Positions 1 through 10,582 of a DNA stretch of 64,000 nucleotides are shown in pieces. A model generated the notes under the pieces. It made no database searches. It was not told the DNA's origin and saw only the letters and a list, made by a program, of their open reading frames with translations. The stretch spans positions 9,062-73,061 of the forward strand of contig REDJ01000063.1 in assembly GCA_007693555.1 (NCBI GenBank). The letters are read 5' to 3'. Source of the stretch: Bacteroidota bacterium (GTDB lineage: Bacteria; Bacteroidota; Bacteroidia; Bacteroidales; UBA7960). The position numbers and the translations under genes are program-made. Numbering within the stretch: the first letter of the stretch is position 1; every line of letters starts with the position of its first letter.

Positions 1-536
1 CCGTCAACAAAGTGCCCGTTGGGGTTTGGACGATCCAGAATAAGCATTGGGATTCCCTGCCGGGCAGCTTCTTCCATCACATAGCTCATGGTAGAGATGT
101 AGGTGTAGAAGCGTGTTCCCACATCCTGAATATCAAAGATAATCAAATCAAGGTCTTTTATGTCTTCGGGCCTGGGCCGGCGATTTGCGCCATACAGACT
201 TATGATTTGCATTCCGGTTTTTGGGTCAATACCGCTTTGCACATGTTCTCCGTCTGCAGCTTCACCCCGGAAACCATGTTCAGGACCAAAAACCTTCTGC
301 AAATCAAAACCGGCTGATAACAGGGTATCCACAAGGTGAATATTACCCACCAGCGAACTGTGATTGGCAACCAGTGCAATGGCCTTACCTTCTAATAGGG
401 GAAAATATTTTTCTGTCTGCCATGCTCCGGGTATGATAGCCTTTTCAGGATTGCCATTTCCGGTATTCCTTTCGGTGCTGCCACAGGAATACTGAACAAA
501 AATCAAAATCAAAAAAATCAATGATGTACGAAACAT
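1..536 (-). CDS. DUF1343-family protein (NamZ-like exo-beta-N-acetylmuramidase), N-terminal part; the gene runs off the left edge
   Basis: Absent from the ORF track because it is truncated. Reverse-strand reading from ATG (536..534) gives MFRTSLIFLILIFVQYSCGS (lipoprotein-like signal), then LVANHSS, GPEHGFRGEA, FDIQDVGTRFYTYISTM and LDRPNPNG, which I recognise as conserved DUF1343 N-terminal motifs. Confidence 0.8.
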   Translation of the reverse strand, partial: MFRTSLIFLILIFVQYSCGSTERNTGNGNPEKAIIPGAWQTEKYFPLLEGKAIALVANHSSLVGNIHLVDTLLSAGFDLQKVFGPEHGFRGEAADGEHVQSGIDPKTGMQIISLYGANRRPRPEDIKDLDLIIFDIQDVGTRFYTYISTMSYVMEEAARQGIPMLILDRPNPNGHFVD

Positions 537-579
537 ATGGAGATGTATTTGAAAATATATTTATCTCAGTTAAAACTTT

Positions 580-1443
580 TTATTTCACATGCTTTTCTGC
601 CCTGTAGGAAGACCTTACCAGCGGGGCGCTTTCCACAAACCGAAATCCTTTCTTACGGGCTATTTCTCCATAACGGTCAAAATCTTCGGGAGTTACATAT
701 TTTTGCACCCTCAGATTACCTGCCGATGGCTGCAGATACTGCCCAATGGTCAGCACCTCGCATCCCACTGCAAGCAGGTCATCCATGGTTTCCAGGATTT
801 CTTCTTCAGTTTCACCCAGGCCCAGCATGATGCCGGATTTAATTCTGATACCTTTGGAGGCAACATATTTCAAAACCTCAAGACTATTTTCATATTTGGC
901 AAAGGTTCGCACCTGCGAAGTCAACCTTCTAACGGTTTCCAGGTTGTGGCTGATCACCTCCGGAGCAGCATCTATGACTTTTTGAATATCTTTCTCCCGT
1001 CCTTTAAAATCAGGGATAAGGGCTTCAATAGTTGTACCCGGGCATAATTGTTTTACTGCTCTTATGGTTTCGGCCCAGATTCCGGCTCCGCCATCGGGCA
1101 GGTCATCTCTGTCAACAGAGGTAATCACGCAATGCTTCACATTTGTCTTCCTGGCAGCCTCAGCCACTCTCATAGGCTCATGGGGATCAGGAGGCAGAGG
1201 CTTGCCGGTGGTAACATTGCAAAAGCCACAATTACGGGTGCAAATGTTTCCCAGGATCATAAATGTTGCTGTGCCCGCACTCCAGCATTCTCCCTTATTG
1301 GGGCATGCCCCGCTTTCGCAAATGGTATGCAGATGCTGTTCGTTTAAAACTCCTTTCATCTGGCTGTATTCGTCGGCAGACGGGAGTTTTATCCTGAGCC
1401 ATGAAGGTTTTTTTAAATAGGATGATGATTGATTTTTTTTCAA
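580..1443 (-). CDS. lipA: lipoyl synthase
   Basis: 287-aa ORF with the radical SAM motif CTRNCGFC, auxiliary-cluster cysteines CESGACPNKGEC and an N-terminal KPSWLRIKLP. The first codon is TTG and there is no plausible in-frame ATG nearby. Confidence 0.95.
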   Translation of the reverse strand: MKKNQSSSYLKKPSWLRIKLPSADEYSQMKGVLNEQHLHTICESGACPNKGECWSAGTATFMILGNICTRNCGFCNVTTGKPLPPDPHEPMRVAEAARKTNVKHCVITSVDRDDLPDGGAGIWAETIRAVKQLCPGTTIEALIPDFKGREKDIQKVIDAAPEVISHNLETVRRLTSQVRTFAKYENSLEVLKYVASKGIRIKSGIMLGLGETEEEILETMDDLLAVGCEVLTIGQYLQPSAGNLRVQKYVTPEDFDRYGEIARKKGFRFVESAPLVRSSYRAEKHVK

Positions 1444-1567
1444 AGTAAATCAGAGTAACAAATTCGTAAACTTACTGCATTTAAGACTGCAGTATGTTTA
1501 CAAAATTACAAAATTCAGAAAGCAATTTGACCTGAATAAGCAACAGAAAAGGTTAAAGTTTGCTATT

Positions 1568-3103
1568 CTAGAATCCAAATTGAATGCCCTGAGCCAGGGG
1601 CAGGTCAGTACTGTAGTTTATCGTATTGGTTTGCCTGCGCATGTAGCTTTTCCAGGAGTCGGAGCCCGATTCACGACCGCCTCCCGTATCTTTCTCACCA
1701 CCAAAGGCACCGCCAATTTCTGCACCGGAAGTACCGATGTTTGCATTGGCAATACCACAGTCTGAACCTGTTTCGGAAAGAAAGAGTTCGGCTTCGCGCA
1801 GATTTTCTGTAAATATACCCGATGATAAGCCCTGCGGTACACCATTGTTCAGGGCAATGGCTTCTTCAATGGTTTTGTATTTTATGATATAGAGAATGGG
1901 AGCAAAAGTTTCTTCCTGTACGATTTCATAATGGTTCTCAGCTTCCACTAGAGCCGGGACCACATAATGGCAGAATGAACGGTTTTCACAATCATAGGAT
2001 GTTCCGCCAAACAGCACTTTTCCACCTTCCTCTTTTACTTTTTTAATGGCCTTAAGAAAATCATCCACAGCCCCTTCGGAGATGAGAGGACCCACCAGGG
2101 TTTCCTTATCCAGCGGGTTGCCGATCTTCTTGGATACACTTTCGTAGGCAATCTTCAACTTCTCAACCACCTGTTCATAAATGCTTTCATGTACAATTAT
2201 ACGCCGGGTAGATGTACAACGCTGGCCTGCAGTTCCCACTGCACCAAACACTACCGATTTGACGGCCATCTCCAGGTTTGCGCTGGGTGCAATGATCACT
2301 GCGTTGTTGCCACCCAGTTCCAGAATAGAACGTCCCAGCCGGGCGCCGATAATACCTGCCAGTTTTTTACCTACAGCAGTAGAACCGGTTATGGAAAACA
2401 GGGGGATACGTTTGTCGGCGGCAAAATTATCGCCCAGCACAGAAGAGCCGGCTACAATGAGGTTAAAGACACCCTCAGGAACATTGTTTTCTTTCAGCAC
2501 ATCACCAATGATCTTTTGCGTGGCGATGGCCGTAAGCGGGGTTTTGGAGCTTGGCTTCCAAACAACCACATCGCCGCAAACTGCAGCCACCATAGCATTC
2601 CATGCCCATACGGCTACCGGAAAATTGAAGGAAGTAATCAGTCCCACAATTCCAATGGGATGATATTGGTCATACATACGGTGTTGTTTGCGCTCAGAGT
2701 GCATGGTAAATCCATTAAGCAGACGACTTTGCCCTACTGCAAAGTCACAGATATCAATCATTTCCTGAACTTCTCCCAAGCCTTCCTCGTAAATCTTTCC
2801 CATTTCAAGCGTGACCAGGTACCCAAGATCTTCCTTATGTTCGCGTAGTTTATTTCCTATCTGACGAACCACCTCTCCCCTTTTTGGTGCAGGAATTTCC
2901 CGCCAAACCTTAAAAGCCTCCTGTGCTTTTTCAATTACAGTCTCATAATCATCCAGTGATGCAGTTTTCACACTGGCAATGGGTTTGTTATTGATGGGAC
3001 TGATGGATGCATCTTCTTTTCCATTGGCAGACAGCCATTTACTGCCTGTGCTAATTCCTGAGTTTGTTTCTTCAATACCCAGTCGCTGCAGGATTTCTTT
3101 CAT
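1568..3103 (-). CDS. ALDH7/antiquitin-type aldehyde dehydrogenase (alpha-aminoadipic semialdehyde / piperideine-6-carboxylate dehydrogenase)
   Basis: 511 aa and collinear with the ALDH7 family: IPAPKRGE, FNFPVAVW, LELGGNNA, GTAGQRCT, ETFAPILY, GAEIGGAFGGEKDTGGGRESGSDSWKSYMRR, and a C-terminal LPLAQGIQF. Confidence 0.9.
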   Translation of the reverse strand: MKEILQRLGIEETNSGISTGSKWLSANGKEDASISPINNKPIASVKTASLDDYETVIEKAQEAFKVWREIPAPKRGEVVRQIGNKLREHKEDLGYLVTLEMGKIYEEGLGEVQEMIDICDFAVGQSRLLNGFTMHSERKQHRMYDQYHPIGIVGLITSFNFPVAVWAWNAMVAAVCGDVVVWKPSSKTPLTAIATQKIIGDVLKENNVPEGVFNLIVAGSSVLGDNFAADKRIPLFSITGSTAVGKKLAGIIGARLGRSILELGGNNAVIIAPSANLEMAVKSVVFGAVGTAGQRCTSTRRIIVHESIYEQVVEKLKIAYESVSKKIGNPLDKETLVGPLISEGAVDDFLKAIKKVKEEGGKVLFGGTSYDCENRSFCHYVVPALVEAENHYEIVQEETFAPILYIIKYKTIEEAIALNNGVPQGLSSGIFTENLREAELFLSETGSDCGIANANIGTSGAEIGGAFGGEKDTGGGRESGSDSWKSYMRRQTNTINYSTDLPLAQGIQFGF

Positions 3104-3248
3104 AAGAATTGAATTTGATTGAGATTTGTATTTTGTTTTGGATTTTGATTTCAGTTTCTGAATACAAATATTTTAACAAATGTAAAGTTAGTACACTGAG
3201 AATAACAGAGGGACTTCAGCCCCATTGCCCTGAAATATCTCAGGTGAT

Positions 3249-6029
3249 CTATTTATTCAAAAAATCCCTCAGCACATAGTGCAGAATACCACCATGCTCG
3301 TAGTATTTCACTTCGATATTGGAATCGATGCGGGTTACAACTTCAAATTCTGTCTTCTTTCCGCTATCACCCTCGGCAAAAACTTTGAGTGTTTTTAAAG
3401 GTTGCAACCCATCAGATATTCCTGTAATGGTAAATTTTTCATGTCCGGTAAGACCCAGGCTCTGCGCATTTTCACCTTCTTTGTACTGTAAAGGAAGTAC
3501 ACCCATACCAATGAGATTGCTACGGTGTATCCTCTCGTAACTTTCAGCAATAACAGCTTTAATGCCCAGCAGGTTGGTTCCTTTTGCAGCCCAATCGCGG
3601 CTGCTTCCACTGCCATATTCTTTTCCTGCCAGCACTACCAGTGGCGTATTTTCCTTTTTGTATAACTGAGCAGCATGAAATACGCTCATGTGTTCGCCTG
3701 AGGGGATATGGGTGGTAAAACCTCCTTCGCGCTTTGCAACCTTGTTTTTAATTCGCACATTGGCAAAGGTACCTCTGATCATAACTTCATCATTACCCCT
3801 TCGCGAACCATAGGAATTAAAATGTTTGACCTCGACACCTTTGCTTATGAGGTATTCACCGGCAGGAGTATGTGCTGCAAAAGCACCTGCAGGAGAAATA
3901 TGATCGGTTGTAATACTGTCACCCAGCACCAAAAGAGCACGTGAATTTTCAATATCAACCGGAATAACAGGATTTTCACTTATATCCCTGAAAAACGGAG
4001 CTTCTTTAATGTAAGTAGATTTATCATCCCATTGATAAACCTGCTCACCGGGGACTTTCATGTTTTGCCATATCTCGTTGCCGTCGAATATTTCATTATA
4101 GTTTTTTTCGAAATCACCTCGCGAAAGTACCTTTCCCATGGTGTCCTGAATCTCTTCATGGCTGGGCCAGATATCTTTCAGATAAACAGGGTTGAGATTG
4201 GGATCATATGCCAACGGTTCATTTATCAGATCCACATCCACTCTGCCGGCTATGGCATATGCTACAACAAGTATGGGTGACATAAGAAAATTCATGCGTA
4301 CCTGAGGATGTACACGAGCCTCGAAATTCCTGTTTCCCGACAATACTGAGGCCACAACCAGTTCATTATCATCCACGGCCTTTGCAATATGTGGAGGTAA
4401 TGGTCCCGAATTGCCGATACAGCTTGTACAGCCATATCCCACTGTATGAAACTTCAGGGCTTCAAGATCTTCAAGCAAGCCGGATTTGGTAAGATAATCC
4501 GTTACTACTTTTGAACCCGGTGCCAGGGAAGTTTTCACCCATGGTTTCACATCCAATCCCAGTGCACGGGCTTTGCGTGCAAGAATCCCTGCCCCTATCA
4601 TTACTGACGGATTGGAAGTATTTGTGCATGAAGTGATGGCAGCAATAACCACCGAGCCGTCGCTTAACCTGAATCTTTCATTTTTAACAGTGATTTCAAC
4701 GGTTCTCAGTCCTGCTCCATTGGAAGCAGTTTCAACTTCCACATCGGCCGGAGTTTGCTTACCCTCCTGCTTTTGCCCTGTACTTCCTCCTTCACCGGTC
4801 CAGCGCTCCACTTCACGCTTATCAGGATCAATATACTCCCGCTTAAAATCTGATGCGAGCTGTGATTTGAAGGTTTCCTTGGCATTGCGAAGCAATATTT
4901 TATCCTGTGGCCTTTTGGGGCCTGCCAATGTGGGCTCGACGGTGTTCAAATCCAGTTCAAGCAATTGCGAGTATGTAATTTTTTCATTACCGGTACGCCA
5001 AAGCATATTGGCTTTGCAGTAATCTTCCACCAGCCTGATCTGCTCCTCAGAACGATTGCTGCTATGCATATAATCAAGGGTACGCTCGTCAATGGGAAAA
5101 TATGTAATTGTACAGCCAAATTCGGGCGACATGTTGGAGATAGTTGCCCTGTCAGGCACGGTAAGCCCATCAAGGCCTTCACCAAAAACTTCTACAAACT
5201 TTCCAACAACCCCTTGTGAGCGTAAAAGCTGTGTTATTGTAAGTACAAGATCAGTAGCTGTGGTGCCCAGAGGCAGTTTACCTGTAAGTTTCAGCCCAAT
5301 AACCTCGGGCATAATAAAGTAAATGGGTTGTCCTAAAAGGGCTGCTTCTGCTTCAATACCTCCCACACCCCAGCCAACAACACCAATACCGTTTACCATG
5401 GGTGTATGGCTGTCGGTACCAACCAGAGTATCGGGCAAAGCAACTCCATCGCGAACGGTAACACCACTGGCAAGGTATTCAAGATTTACCTGGTGGCATA
5501 TTCCCATGCCGGGAGGTACAACGGAAAAATTATCAAATGCCTTCTGCGCCCATTTCAAAAACTGGTATCTTTCACCGTTACGTTCATACTCCTTTTCAAC
5601 ATTTTTTTCATAAGAATACTGAGTACCAAAATAATCTACCTGTACGGAGTGGTCAATTACCAGGTCAACCGGCACCAAAGGATTGATTTTGGAAGCATCT
5701 TTACCCTTCCTGGCCATTTCTGCCCTCAGCGATGCAATATCGACAACGGCCGGTACACCTGTAAAATCCTGCATCAGTACACGTGCAGGTTTAAAAGGTA
5801 TATCCTTGTCCGAAGCTTCAGGCTTCCAGTCAAGCAAAGTATTGATGTTTTCTTCCGTTATAGCGAAACCATCAAAATTCCTTAATGCATTTTCGAGTAA
5901 AATACGAATGGAAAATGGAAGATGAGATACCTTCATTCCCTGTTCTTCAAGTTTTTTCAAACTGTAAAAGGTGAATTCTCCCATTTGGGTTGATAAGCGA
6001 TCCTGGATGTTGAAAGGTAATTTAGTCAT
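3249..6029 (-). CDS. acnA: aconitate hydratase, AcnA/IRP type
   Basis: About 926 aa with LPFSIRILLEN near the N-terminus, cluster cysteines in ITSCTNTSNP and GYGCTSCIGNSG, and the swivel-domain motif GKEYGSGSSRDWAAKG. I prefer ATG at 6029 (MTKLPFN) over the track's TTG at 6044. Confidence 0.95.
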   Translation of the reverse strand: MTKLPFNIQDRLSTQMGEFTFYSLKKLEEQGMKVSHLPFSIRILLENALRNFDGFAITEENINTLLDWKPEASDKDIPFKPARVLMQDFTGVPAVVDIASLRAEMARKGKDASKINPLVPVDLVIDHSVQVDYFGTQYSYEKNVEKEYERNGERYQFLKWAQKAFDNFSVVPPGMGICHQVNLEYLASGVTVRDGVALPDTLVGTDSHTPMVNGIGVVGWGVGGIEAEAALLGQPIYFIMPEVIGLKLTGKLPLGTTATDLVLTITQLLRSQGVVGKFVEVFGEGLDGLTVPDRATISNMSPEFGCTITYFPIDERTLDYMHSSNRSEEQIRLVEDYCKANMLWRTGNEKITYSQLLELDLNTVEPTLAGPKRPQDKILLRNAKETFKSQLASDFKREYIDPDKREVERWTGEGGSTGQKQEGKQTPADVEVETASNGAGLRTVEITVKNERFRLSDGSVVIAAITSCTNTSNPSVMIGAGILARKARALGLDVKPWVKTSLAPGSKVVTDYLTKSGLLEDLEALKFHTVGYGCTSCIGNSGPLPPHIAKAVDDNELVVASVLSGNRNFEARVHPQVRMNFLMSPILVVAYAIAGRVDVDLINEPLAYDPNLNPVYLKDIWPSHEEIQDTMGKVLSRGDFEKNYNEIFDGNEIWQNMKVPGEQVYQWDDKSTYIKEAPFFRDISENPVIPVDIENSRALLVLGDSITTDHISPAGAFAAHTPAGEYLISKGVEVKHFNSYGSRRGNDEVMIRGTFANVRIKNKVAKREGGFTTHIPSGEHMSVFHAAQLYKKENTPLVVLAGKEYGSGSSRDWAAKGTNLLGIKAVIAESYERIHRSNLIGMGVLPLQYKEGENAQSLGLTGHEKFTITGISDGLQPLKTLKVFAEGDSGKKTEFEVVTRIDSNIEVKYYEHGGILHYVLRDFLNK

Positions 6030-6092
6030 AACAATGAAATTCAAGATTTAACAAAACAGTAATATTTTTTTGGATTTGCACCGGAATATTTT

Positions 6093-7415
6093 TTAAAGAT
6101 CAAGCTTGATCTTACCCTCTGCCACATCTTTATACCATTGCAAAGGATAAGATGTAGGCCTTTCAATAGGTAAAACGAATACCCTGTCGAAAAGCAGAGA
6201 TGCCATTACCCCCAGTGCTCTTGAAATACCAAACATAACCGTATAAAACTGGTGTTCCTTAATGCCATAATATCTCAATAATGTACCGCTGAATGCATCC
6301 ACATTGGGCCATGGGTTTTTCACCTTACCTGTGGCTTCAAGTAAAGGTGGAACAACTTTGTAAAGTTTATTTACAATATTTACCAGGTTGTCCTCTTTGA
6401 TGAATTTATCTGCAAATTCTTTCTGAGCATCATACCTTGGATCAGTTATTCGCAGCACGGCATGACCATAGCCGGGAATTACCCCGCCACCATCCAAAAA
6501 CTTCTTTACATATCTCTGGATTTTTTGTTCAGAGGGATTTTCATCATTAAGTTCACGCATCATATCAAAAATCCAGGTCAATACGTTTTGATTGGCAAAA
6601 CCATGCAACGGACCAGCCAGTCCAAGCATACCTGCAGCATAGGCATAATAAGGATTTGACAAAGTAGAACCCACCAAATGTGTAGCATGTGCAGATACAT
6701 TCCCACCTTCATGATCTGCATGAATACTTAAATAAAGCCGCATAAGTCTTTTGTGCGGAGGAGCACTAAACCCCATCATATGTGCAAAGTTACCGGCCCA
6801 GTCGAGCCGTGGATCAGGATCAATATGTTCACCTTTATGGAAAGAGCGCCTGTAAATATAGGCTGCAATACGGGGTAATCGTGCAATGAGATTCATTACA
6901 TCTTCGTATGTGGAATCCCAGTAAAATTTTTTATGAACTCCTGCCTGGTGAGCGTTCAGGAAATAAGAATCAGATGCCATACTGGTAATAGCCGCCACAA
7001 ATTGTGCCATGGGTCTGGCATTTTTGGGCATGGCTTCAATAACATCAAATACATGCTGGGGAACTACTGCTCTGCTGGCCCAGTCTTTACTGAGGTTGCT
7101 GATATCCTCGAGCTCAGGTACTTCACCAATGAGCATCAGGTAAAACAAGCCTTCCGGTAAGGGTTCTCCATGCTCGCACAAGCGGGGGATGGTTTTTCTC
7201 AGTTCCTTTAATGAGACCCCTCTGAAGCGAATACCTTCGTTGGGATCAAGCTTTGATGTTTCGGTGAGAAGGCTGGGAATGCCTTTCATTCCGGTCAATA
7301 CATGACCAATTGTAACTTTTCCAACAACTACGTCCGAATGCTCTTTTTTGAGTTTAAGAAATTCATCGTATTTTTTCAGGGCGGATTCGTAAAATCTGTT
7401 CTTTATGTATTCCAT
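6093..7415 (-). CDS. gltA: citrate synthase
   Basis: 440 aa with citrate synthase signatures HADHEGGNVSAH and GYGHAVLRITDPR. It is flanked by acnA and icd on the same strand. Confidence 0.93.
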   Translation of the reverse strand: MEYIKNRFYESALKKYDEFLKLKKEHSDVVVGKVTIGHVLTGMKGIPSLLTETSKLDPNEGIRFRGVSLKELRKTIPRLCEHGEPLPEGLFYLMLIGEVPELEDISNLSKDWASRAVVPQHVFDVIEAMPKNARPMAQFVAAITSMASDSYFLNAHQAGVHKKFYWDSTYEDVMNLIARLPRIAAYIYRRSFHKGEHIDPDPRLDWAGNFAHMMGFSAPPHKRLMRLYLSIHADHEGGNVSAHATHLVGSTLSNPYYAYAAGMLGLAGPLHGFANQNVLTWIFDMMRELNDENPSEQKIQRYVKKFLDGGGVIPGYGHAVLRITDPRYDAQKEFADKFIKEDNLVNIVNKLYKVVPPLLEATGKVKNPWPNVDAFSGTLLRYYGIKEHQFYTVMFGISRALGVMASLLFDRVFVLPIERPTSYPLQWYKDVAEGKIKLDL

Positions 7416-7447
7416 GTTTTGATGTTTAAATATTTTTCACTTGTTTG

Positions 7448-8683
7448 TCATCCTTCAACCAGCTTCTTCTTCAAATTGGCATCAATAACCTCCAGAAATT
7501 CACTTGTAGTAAGGTAATGCTCCGGTTTCATTGCACTACCATGAATAAGCAATGCGAGGTCTTTGGTCATATTTCCGTTTTCAACCGTTTCAATGCAAAC
7601 GCTCTCAAGTGTTTCTGCAAAACGTATCAATTCATAGTTATCATCAAGTTTTCCGCGAAAAGCGAGGCCTCTTGTCCAGGCAAAAATACTGGCAATAGGA
7701 TTTGTAGAAGTGGGTTTTCCCTGTTGATGCATACGGTAGTGCCGGGTTACAGTGCCATGTGCCGCTTCAGCCTCCATAGTTTTACCGTCGGGTGTTACCA
7801 ATGTAGAGGTCATTAATCCCAGTGAACCAAAACCCTGCGCTACAGTATCGCTTTGCACATCACCATCATAGTTTTTACAGGCCCATACAAAACCACCCTC
7901 CCACTTCAATGCTGCGGCAACCATATCGTCAATAAGACGATGCTCATAGGTAATGCCGGCAGCTTCAAATTTAGCTTTGAATTCCGCTTCAAAAATCTCC
8001 TGGAAAATATCCTTAAACCTTCCATCATATTTTTTCAAAATAGTATTTTTTGTGGAGAGGTAAAGCGGCCATTTCTTAAGCAAAGCCTGATTCATGCATG
8101 CACGGGCAAACCCGGAGATGGATTCGTCGGTATTATACATGCTAAGAGCTACACCGTCGCCTTCAAACTGATAAACTTCATGGGAAATTTCCTGTGAGCC
8201 ATCATCCGGTGTAAAAGTTATGGTTAATTTGCCCGGGCCCTTTGTAACAAAATCCGTTGCCCTGTATTGATCGCCAAAGGCATGACGGCCTATGCATATG
8301 GGTTTTGTCCACCCGGGAACCAATCGGGGTATATTTGAAATAAGAATAGGCTCACGAAACACAGTGCCTCCCAGAATATTTCTGATTGTTCCATTGGGTG
8401 AGCGCCACATGTTTTTCAGTCCGAATTCTTCTACCCTTGCTTCATCGGGAGTAATGGTAGCACATTTGATTCCTACACCATACTTTTTAATGGCATGAGC
8501 TGCATCAATGGTAACCTGGTCATCCGTTTTATCACGGTATTCAATACCCAAATCGTAATATTTTACTTCCAGTTCAAGATAAGGAAAAATCAGCTTTTCT
8601 TTGATAAACTTCCAGATGATGCGCGTCATTTCATCACCATCCAATTCAACTACAGGGTTTTGTACAACTATTTTTTTCATCAT
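7448..8683 (-). CDS. icd: NADP-dependent isocitrate dehydrogenase, eukaryote-like homodimeric type
   Basis: 411 aa, collinear with IDH1/2-type enzymes: [40 protein letters not shown]. Confidence 0.95.
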   Translation of the reverse strand: MMKKIVVQNPVVELDGDEMTRIIWKFIKEKLIFPYLELEVKYYDLGIEYRDKTDDQVTIDAAHAIKKYGVGIKCATITPDEARVEEFGLKNMWRSPNGTIRNILGGTVFREPILISNIPRLVPGWTKPICIGRHAFGDQYRATDFVTKGPGKLTITFTPDDGSQEISHEVYQFEGDGVALSMYNTDESISGFARACMNQALLKKWPLYLSTKNTILKKYDGRFKDIFQEIFEAEFKAKFEAAGITYEHRLIDDMVAAALKWEGGFVWACKNYDGDVQSDTVAQGFGSLGLMTSTLVTPDGKTMEAEAAHGTVTRHYRMHQQGKPTSTNPIASIFAWTRGLAFRGKLDDNYELIRFAETLESVCIETVENGNMTKDLALLIHGSAMKPEHYLTTSEFLEVIDANLKKKLVEG

Positions 8684-9132
8684 TTTCTTAAAATTCTATC
8701 AACTATATTTGGGTTAATAATTTACTAAATATCAATACCTTGCATTTGAAAGCCGGTATGAAAAAACTTCACTTTTTTAAAAAACAAAAAGGAAGTTAAC
8801 AAAAATAAAATGAAAGCAGGTTTTCCTTAATCAAGTAAAATTAATATTTTTAACAACAAAACCCATTGAAGGTTTGCACAAATTCGGCAAAAATATCAAT
8901 ATGTTTAGATAAGATGAATAAATTCAAAAAGTCCGGTCCATATTGAGGTATGTGAGAAATTTGCAGGCTTGCGGTGTAAATTGTAGTCATAATTTTTAAT
9001 GCATAAACGCATTGAAAATTTTCGATAAAAATACTTTAAGAAAAATAATAATTCTTACCTTGAGTTTTTTTTAGAGATTTCTTATTTGACATAGGAAATG
9101 AGGCTTAAATAACTTTATATTATTTTTAAAAT

Positions 9133-9309
9133 ATGAAAAGACTCAGAAAAACTCCAAACCGCATGATATTTGGCGTATGCGGTGCTTTGGGAGAATATTT
9201 TAATGTGGATCCCACCATTTTTCGTATTGCATTTGCAGTAGCCGCTATTGTTTATGGAACAGGTATTCTGGTTTATCTCATACTTGCCATTGCAATACCT
9301 TCCCAATAA
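9133..9309 (+). CDS. PspC-domain small membrane protein
   Basis: 58-aa ORF, below the track cutoff: MKRLRKTPNRMIFGVCGALGEYFNVDPTIFRIAFAVAAIVYGTGILVYLILAIAIPSQ. This matches the PspC-domain pattern (R..r.i.GVc.GlaeYf.vDpt..R..f) followed by one TM helix. Confidence 0.8.
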   Translation: MKRLRKTPNRMIFGVCGALGEYFNVDPTIFRIAFAVAAIVYGTGILVYLILAIAIPSQ

Positions 9310-9317
9310 AAACGAAT

Positions 9318-9815
9318 ATGGATTTGTTTCTGCTTATATTGGCTTTTATTCTTCTGCTGGCAGGTGTTATTGGAGCATTTATACCGATACTGCCGGGTCC
9401 TCCCCTGAGTTTTGCAGGGATGTTGCTGATCCACTTTACAAGCCTTACGGATTTCTCAGGTCGCATACTTCTCACATTCGGAATAATTACACTGCTCATT
9501 ACAATTGCCGACTATTTGTTACCCATCTGGGGCACGCGCCTGGGTAAAGGAACCAGGCATGGTATGTTTGGAGCTACAATTGGACTGATAATCGGCATTT
9601 TTTTCTTTCCACCCTTCGGTATTTTGATTGGCCCGATTGCGGGTGCATGGTTGGCTGAGCGTGTCAATGGAAAAAACAACGAAGATGCTCTCAGGTCGGC
9701 AATAGGTAGCTTTTTCGGGCTCTTATTGGGTGTGGTGCTGAAATTTACGGTTTCTGTTGCAATTATCTGGTATGTACTGTATGGATTGTTTGTGTCAGTA
9801 TCTGCTAGCAGTTGA
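9318..9815 (+). CDS. DUF456-like integral membrane protein
   Basis: 165 aa with four hydrophobic segments. The motif LPGPPLSF...DYLLPIWGTRLGKGTRHG...GPIAGAWLAE resembles the DUF456 family. It starts 9 nt after the PspC-domain gene. Confidence 0.6.
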   Translation: MDLFLLILAFILLLAGVIGAFIPILPGPPLSFAGMLLIHFTSLTDFSGRILLTFGIITLLITIADYLLPIWGTRLGKGTRHGMFGATIGLIIGIFFFPPFGILIGPIAGAWLAERVNGKNNEDALRSAIGSFFGLLLGVVLKFTVSVAIIWYVLYGLFVSVSASS

Positions 9816-9875
9816 TTTTATCAGAAAAAAAATTCTAACTTTGCAAATACATATACACATAGGTAAATAAATCTT

Positions 9876-10517
9876 ATGATATCTGAAAATTTTACCCTGG
9901 CAATATCTCAAAGATACGATGAACTCTCCGGTCAGGAGTGTTGTCTGTCCTGCGGGGGTGCCATAAACTATGCCGATATAAAACCTGGTTTTCGTTGTGC
10001 CGACCTGGGTTCGGGTAAAGGTTATGATGTAATGAAAATGGCCACCATGGCAGGTGAAGAGGGCTTTGCATGGGGAGTGGATGTATCTGAATCCATGATG
10101 GAAACTGCACGTGAAAATGCCCGAAAACTCAATCTTAAAAATACGGATTTCATAAAAAGTGAACTTGAAGATATTAAACTTGACAATAACACACTTGATG
10201 TGGTTCTTTCCAATTGTACCATCAATCACAGTCTGAACCAGGGAAAGGTGTGGAAGGAAATTTACAGAACTCTAAAGCCGGGTGGAGTTTTCGTTGTAAG
10301 TGATATTTTTGCAATGGAAAAGGTTCCCGCAGCATTCCGTAACAATCCGCACTATGTTGCAGAATGCTGGGCAGGTGCTGTAACCAGAAACGAATATTTT
10401 AAAAACCTGGAGAAAGCAGGTTTCAAAAAGGTTGAAATTTTGGAGGAATCGGCTCCCTACGAAAAAGGAAAAATTAAAGTTTGCAGTTTTACAATCAAAG
10501 GAAATAAACCCTTTTAA
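9876..10517 (+). CDS. class I SAM-dependent methyltransferase, ArsM-like (short form)
   Basis: 213 aa with the SAM-binding motif ADLGSGKGYDV, preceded by the cysteine cluster ECCLSCGG. It also has AECWAGAV, a pattern reminiscent of arsenite methyltransferases. Confidence 0.75.
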   Translation: MISENFTLAISQRYDELSGQECCLSCGGAINYADIKPGFRCADLGSGKGYDVMKMATMAGEEGFAWGVDVSESMMETARENARKLNLKNTDFIKSELEDIKLDNNTLDVVLSNCTINHSLNQGKVWKEIYRTLKPGGVFVVSDIFAMEKVPAAFRNNPHYVAECWAGAVTRNEYFKNLEKAGFKKVEILEESAPYEKGKIKVCSFTIKGNKPF

Positions 10518-10582
10518 TTTTTGTATATTGCAACAAAAAACAATAAAAGACGATTATTAAGTTAAACTTCGATTACAAATGT

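Noticed and set aside
2181-2848. 160-219-aa ORFs on the plus strand inside the ALDH gene, and similar ones inside acnA (for example 4573..5022 and 5406..5885)
   Set aside because: They are antisense shadows of strongly supported genes. Their composition is low-complexity and they have no recognisable motifs.
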